Shown: positions 7,439 through 9,005 of the stretch, piece after piece
Numbering within the stretch: the first letter of the stretch is position 1
Layout of the letters: each line of letters begins with the position of its first letter
NCBI RefSeq assembly: GCF_006345805.1
Contig: NW_021828164.1
Location: 1-9,005 of the forward strand
Direction of reading: 5' to 3'
DNA: 9,005 bases
DNA from: Octopus sinensis
Taxonomy: Eukaryota
Translations under genes and position numbers: made by a program
Notes under the pieces: model-generated
The model's input: only the letters and a program-made list of their open reading frames with translations
The model's database searches: none
Told to the model about the DNA's origin: nothing

Positions 7439-8030
7439 TCATATGTTGTGGTGTGTGCTAGTGTTCCATTCTAGTTTTCTATTCAGGCTAGGTTTATTTT
7501 CTATTATGTGTGTAGCTTCTGTAATTTGTCTGATTGTTGCATCTGTTCTATGTGTGGACAATATTTTAATTTGTATGTTGTTGATTGATCCGCCGTGTTC
7601 CTGTTCGGCGTGTTGGCACAGAATCGATGAGCTTTTACCTCCCTTGAGTTGTCTCCAATGCTCATTTACCCGCTCTTCTATGCTTCTTGCCGTTTCCCCC
7701 CCTACGTATGTCGTTGTTCTTGTTACTGCATCGTCCCTCTATACACCTTATACTATAGACTACATGGCTTTACAGTTTGTTTGTAGGCTAAATCTACATA
7801 CAGTATAGTACTTATCCGTACAGGAGGTTCTACTAAAAGGATAGGTTCTACCAATTATAGATTTGATAGGGTTGCCTGGCTTTTCAACAACCTGAATCCT
7901 TAGCTTAAATTTGTCTAGGGTCCTTCTAAAGCGGTACGCCAGTTCACCTCCAGGGGTGGTGTCAACGAACATGACACTCTGGTATTTATGGCTATCATAC
8001 CAAGAGTTGGTCTTCCCTATTTCTTTTTTT
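7439..8030 (-). pseudogene. PLE polyprotein C-terminus: thumb/linker, Cys-rich motif and GIY-YIG endonuclease (frameshifted)
   Basis: KTNSWYDSHKYQSVMFVDTTPGGELAYRFRRTLDKFKLRIQVVEKPGNPIKSIIGRTYPFSRTSCTDKYYTVCRFSLQTNCKAM / frameshift / VYSIRCIEGRC / frameshift / TTYVGGETARSIEERVNEHWRQLKGGKSSSILCQHAEQEHGGSINNIQIKILSTHRTDATIRQITEATHIIENKPSLNRKLEWNTSTHHNI* (TGA at 7441-7439). The GIY-YIG hallmarks VY...YVG, catalytic R, E and N, and conserved C/H residues are present. Confidence 0.92.
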
Positions 8031-8037
8031 ATAAAGA

Positions 8038-8135
8038 ATAATATATAGAAATATACATATATAATAATATAAAATAAAATATATTAAAGGTATATATACA
8101 TACATAATGTACATACTGACATATATATTGTACTA

Positions 8136-8182
<47 letters not shown>

Positions 8183-8263
8183 TATATATATTATGTGTGG
8201 TGTGTGTGTGTGTGTGTGTTGTGGTGTGTGTGTGTGTGTGTGTGTATGTATGTGTGCATATAT
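8038..8263. repeat. (TA)n followed by (TG)n microsatellite
   Basis: TA runs at ~8130-8190 and TG runs at ~8194-8256. Confidence 0.95.
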
Positions 8264-8392
8264 GGGTACAGGACGTCACAAAACGTAAACAACATGAAAT
8301 ACGAAGACAAATTTTTTTTTGCGAACAACGAGAGAGAAACAAATGGAAAACAAGACAAGTAACATAAAGTACGACCCTTCATCAGTTGTCGA
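8264..8392 (-). mobile_element. Dispersed repeat related to pLTR family 2, copy C (diverged)
   Basis: Starts with GGGTACAGGAC, as at 2322. CCCTTCATCAGTTGTC matches CCCTCTTCAGTTGTC in the reverse complement of copy B, giving CUGAUGA on the minus strand. Confidence 0.65.
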
Positions 8393-8439
8393 TAAAACAT
8401 TTGCAAGATCTTTGATATAAGATCCTGTGATTGAAAACC

Positions 8440-8511
8440 GATGTTGTTATGGTAGGGAAAGTCATATTTTGCCAATTATACACACGCACTATATACTTGG
8501 TGTTCACATTA
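8440..8511 (-). mobile_element. Fragment related to pLTR family 1
   Basis: GTCATATTTTGCCA...ACACACGCACTATATACTTGGTGTT resembles 6906-6960 (GTCATTTTTGCCA...ACACACGCACTATATATTTGGTGTT). It is cut off by the (TTA)n tract. Confidence 0.65.
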
Positions 8512-8514
8512 ATT

Positions 8515-8613
8515 TTATTATTATTATTATTATTATTGTTATTACTCTTGTTGCTGCCGTTGTTGTTGTTGTTGCTGCTGTTGTTATTGTTATTATTATT
8601 ATTATTATTATTA
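8515..8613. repeat. (TTA)n-(TTG/CTG)n-(TTA)n trinucleotide microsatellite
   Basis: Visible trinucleotide run. It explains the poly-Asn, poly-Leu and poly-Ile ORFs. Confidence 0.97.
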
Positions 8614-9005
8614 CTTTTTTTTTCTTCTTCTTTCAAATTTGCTATCATTTCTTGCCGAGTGTCTTCCCGACTCCTAGGGCAAAGAAGCTCATAGTATACA
8701 TTGGTAGGCCATTAAACCAAACTCAGTAGTTCGTTCGTTCATTTTATTTATTTTTTTTTTTTTAAGTTAAATTAAAATACATGAGCAGCAACAGTTCTCA
8801 CATCGACAGTGCTCTTCTCAATACGTGTGATGGTACCAGTTAAAGACAATCTATTTGCACTTCTTGCGGGATGGTAGCCAGGGATCATTCTCATATAATT
8901 TTCGTTCGTTCCCTTCTTGATCATTCCTAGTGCTCCTACTATCGATCACTGGTATTGTAACTGCCTTGAGATACCACATTTTCTCAATTTCAATGAGTAG
9001 GTGTC
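8614..9005 (-). mobile_element. 3' end of an R4/Dong-clade non-LTR retrotransposon (restriction-like endonuclease C-terminus + 3' UTR); continues beyond the window
   Basis: The minus strand, read across frameshifts, gives LLIEIEKMWYLKAVTIPVI/VGALGMIKKGT/ENYMRMIPG/QEVQ.IVLTGT/HVLRRALSM* (TGA at 8800-8798). This fits the RLE tail pattern (L.IEI..MW...IPV.VGALG...Q...L.GT..LR). A ~180-nt 3' UTR and an A-rich end run into (TAA)n. Confidence 0.85.

Larger units (their letters stand above)
6885..8030 (-). mobile_element. 5'-truncated Penelope-like element: ORF 3' end, 3' spacer and pLTR with hammerhead
   Basis: The GIY-YIG coding remnant (8030-7439) is followed on the same strand by the family-1 terminal repeat (7232-6895), which contains a sense-strand HHR. 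Confidence 0.88.

Noticed and set aside
7173-7808. 211-aa plus-strand ORF resembling a membrane protein
   Set aside because: It is the antisense shadow of the minus-strand GIY-YIG coding region plus T-rich sequence.
8649-8696. Hammerhead-like reading CU-AUGA...GGAA-GACAC-UC on the minus strand
   Set aside because: Both core halves are defective and there is no stem I. It is better explained as the LINE 3' UTR stem-loop.
1-9005. Prokaryotic-type novel system (operon, CRISPR, retron or defence locus)
   Set aside because: There is no gene-dense organisation and no repeat-spacer array. All recognisable coding remnants belong to eukaryotic retroelements.

Overview
This is AT-rich eukaryotic (metazoan) repeat DNA, not a prokaryotic locus. 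I see no intact host gene, and almost all ORFs in the track are artefacts of (TA)n, (TAA)n and (TG)n tracts. The window is a nested pile of decayed retroelements separated by microsatellites. (1) Two different Penelope-like element (PLE) coding remnants lie on the minus strand: RT C-terminus + linker + GIY-YIG at ~2540-3775, and thumb/linker + GIY-YIG at 7439-8030. (2) At least eight PLE terminal-repeat (pLTR)-like modules from several families carry complete or partial minimal hammerhead-ribozyme (HHR) motifs, several with palindromic stem III. (3) The 3' end of an R4/Dong-type LINE (restriction-like endonuclease) abuts a (TAA)n tract. (4) There are two pieces of a SINE that I recall from octopus genomes, so the host is probably Octopus (recognition from memory, not a database result). 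(5) A ~160-bp foldback element lies at 6318-6475. The most interesting signal is the density and diversity of hammerhead variants, and their consistent polarity: the 3' end of nearly every module runs into a microsatellite. These element classes are known; any novelty would lie in the variants and their arrangement.
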